Positions 35,660-36,774 of a stretch of DNA of 36,774 nucleotides are shown piece by piece. The position numbers and the translations under genes are program-made. The stretch lies in the IMG/VR virus record IMGVR_UViG_2778261162_000005, one strand, 5' to 3'. Below the pieces are notes generated by a model. That model did not search any database, was not told the origin of the DNA, and saw only the letters and a program-made list of their open reading frames with translations. The stretch's first letter is position 1; each line of letters opens with the position of its first letter. Origin of the DNA: a virus (lineage: Duplodnaviria > Heunggongvirae > Uroviricota > Caudoviricetes).

Positions 35660-36230
35660 GGTGCTACAACTCCCGCCACCGCTTGAGGGTGATATCAGTC
35701 TCAGAACGCTGGGAAGACTGGCCGGACGGCTGGATAACATCGACCTGAGCGTACTGATGGTCGGTCTCGTCGATATTGTCGACAGTTCCGCGCTGCCATG
35801 GCTTGGCGAGCAGTTCTCGCTGTTCGGCGATGGCTGGGAACTGGCGGAATCGGACGATGTACGCCGCATGCTTATCAAATCCGCTATCGAGCTACACCGC
35901 TATAAAGGAACACCGTGGTCAATCCGGGAAATTATCCGCCGTTTTGGCTTCGGCGAAGTGGATCTGATTGAAGGTACGGGGCAGATTGGCTATGACGGCA
36001 GACACACGTACAACGGGCTTTTCGTCCATGGTGATGCACAAGCCTGGGCAGTCTATCGCGTCATCCTTCAACAACCCATCACTAACGATCAGGCGGCGCT
36101 GTTACGTCAGACGCTTGCTGCCTTTGCTCCGGCTCGCTGTCATCTGGCAAGTCTGGAATATCAGTCTGTCGCCATTCGATACAACAGTACTACCCGTTAT
36201 GACGGTAGTTACAACCACGGGAGCAGTTAA
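35652..36230 (+). CDS. Baseplate/tail protein, gpI-like
   Basis: 192 aa between the J-like and fibre genes. Confidence 0.6.
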   Translation: MAEVLQLPPPLEGDISLRTLGRLAGRLDNIDLSVLMVGLVDIVDSSALPWLGEQFSLFGDGWELAESDDVRRMLIKSAIELHRYKGTPWSIREIIRRFGFGEVDLIEGTGQIGYDGRHTYNGLFVHGDAQAWAVYRVILQQPITNDQAALLRQTLAAFAPARCHLASLEYQSVAIRYNSTTRYDGSYNHGSS

Positions 36231-36232
36231 TT

Positions 36233-36774
36233 ATGGCAAATCTACCCGAAACCCCGCAGTGGGAAAGCGGCATATACCAGATTGAGGTCTCTGACCCCGT
36301 TCTGGGCGGACCTGACGGAATTTCTAACCGCCAGGCTAAACAACTGGCCAGCCGAACGTCATACCTCAAACAGAAGGTCGAAAAAAGCGGAACAGACCTG
36401 GCTGCACATATCGCGGCAGTTGACCCGCATACCCAGTACGCGACGAAAGCCAGTCCGACATTCACCGGCACACCAACAGCACCTACACCTGCAAATGGTG
36501 ATAACAGCAAAAAGCTGGCGACGACGGAGTTTGTGGCCAAAGCACTTGCGGCACTTGCAGGCAGCGCCCCTGAGACACTGGATACGCTTAAAGAGCTGGC
36601 TGACGCTCTCGGTAATGATCCAAACTTTGCGACTACGGTACTGAACAAGCTGGCGGAAAAGCTGGCTAAAGACCAGAACGGCGCAGATATTCCTGAGCCT
36701 GCGCTGTTTGTCAAAAACCTTGGTTTGGGGGAAGGCTCTGCACTACCTGTTGGTGTGCCTGTTCCATGGCCGTC
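36233..36774 (+). CDS. Tail fibre protein, N-terminal part (3' end beyond window)
   Basis: ATG 36233; MANLPETPQWESGIYQIEVSDPVLGGPDGISNRQAKQLASRTSYLK is the conserved tail-fibre N-terminal domain (recalled); ORF still open at 36774. Confidence 0.65.
   Translation, partial: MANLPETPQWESGIYQIEVSDPVLGGPDGISNRQAKQLASRTSYLKQKVEKSGTDLAAHIAAVDPHTQYATKASPTFTGTPTAPTPANGDNSKKLATTEFVAKALAALAGSAPETLDTLKELADALGNDPNFATTVLNKLAEKLAKDQNGADIPEPALFVKNLGLGEGSALPVGVPVPWP

Larger units (their letters stand above)
2130..36774. mobile_element. Mu-family transposable prophage (left terminus in window; right terminus beyond window end)
   Basis: Starts where kdpA homology stops; carries DDE transposase, MuB-like ATPase, gam, gemA, mor, Mu-type terminase/portal/F/G/I/T head genes and a contractile tail module; no integrase or tRNA attachment site. 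Confidence 0.85.

Noticed and set aside
35153-35878. 241-aa minus-strand ORF
   Set aside because: Antisense to the J-like and I-like baseplate genes; Ser/Pro-rich low complexity.
36190-36714. 174-aa minus-strand ORF
   Set aside because: Antisense to the tail fibre N-terminal domain, whose plus-strand product is a recognisable conserved sequence.
2130-36774. P2-like integrative prophage
   Set aside because: Although the tail module is P2-like, there is no integrase, no tRNA-type attachment site and no P2 capsid or terminase set; transposase, B-like ATPase, gam, gemA, mor and the Mu-type head genes point to a transposable Mu-family phage.
1-36774. CRISPR array, tRNA or rRNA genes
   Set aside because: No regularly spaced short direct repeats and no cloverleaf-like or rRNA-like segments noticed on reading; the only repeats are the terminal TGAGATAAAT pair, the AGATTAT operator repeats and the Dam-start repeats.

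Overview
The window opens with Escherichia-type chromosome: the 5' end of an rhs gene, ybfA, the kdp promoter, kdpF and kdpA. kdpA is cut after codon 402 (nt 2129/2130) by a Mu-family transposable prophage that fills the rest of the window (2130-36774) and runs off the right edge. The prophage is not laid out like Mu. A leftward early operon (11510 down to 3238) carries a Ner/Cro-like gene, a DDE transposase, a MuB-like ATPase, gam, gemA and mor, and diverges from a rightward XRE repressor (11611-11949). After an accessory block come a rightward lysis cassette, a Mu-type head module and a P2/Mu-type contractile tail module ending in a partial tail fibre gene. The most interesting part is that accessory block (about 11950-15100): a Dam-like methyltransferase, two divergent paralogous small proteins of unknown family (one AT-rich and bracketed by ~145-bp direct repeats that each contain a Dam 5' end), two truncated Dam start fragments, and a P-loop NTPase of unknown type. 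I read it as a cassette-exchange hotspot carrying candidate, possibly undescribed, defence or anti-defence cargo; that is inference. A second, separately terminated accessory gene (membrane protein, 2491-3123) sits at the prophage terminus. All protein assignments are from motif recognition and recalled family features; no database search was run. No CRISPR array, tRNA, rRNA or tyrosine/serine integrase was seen.
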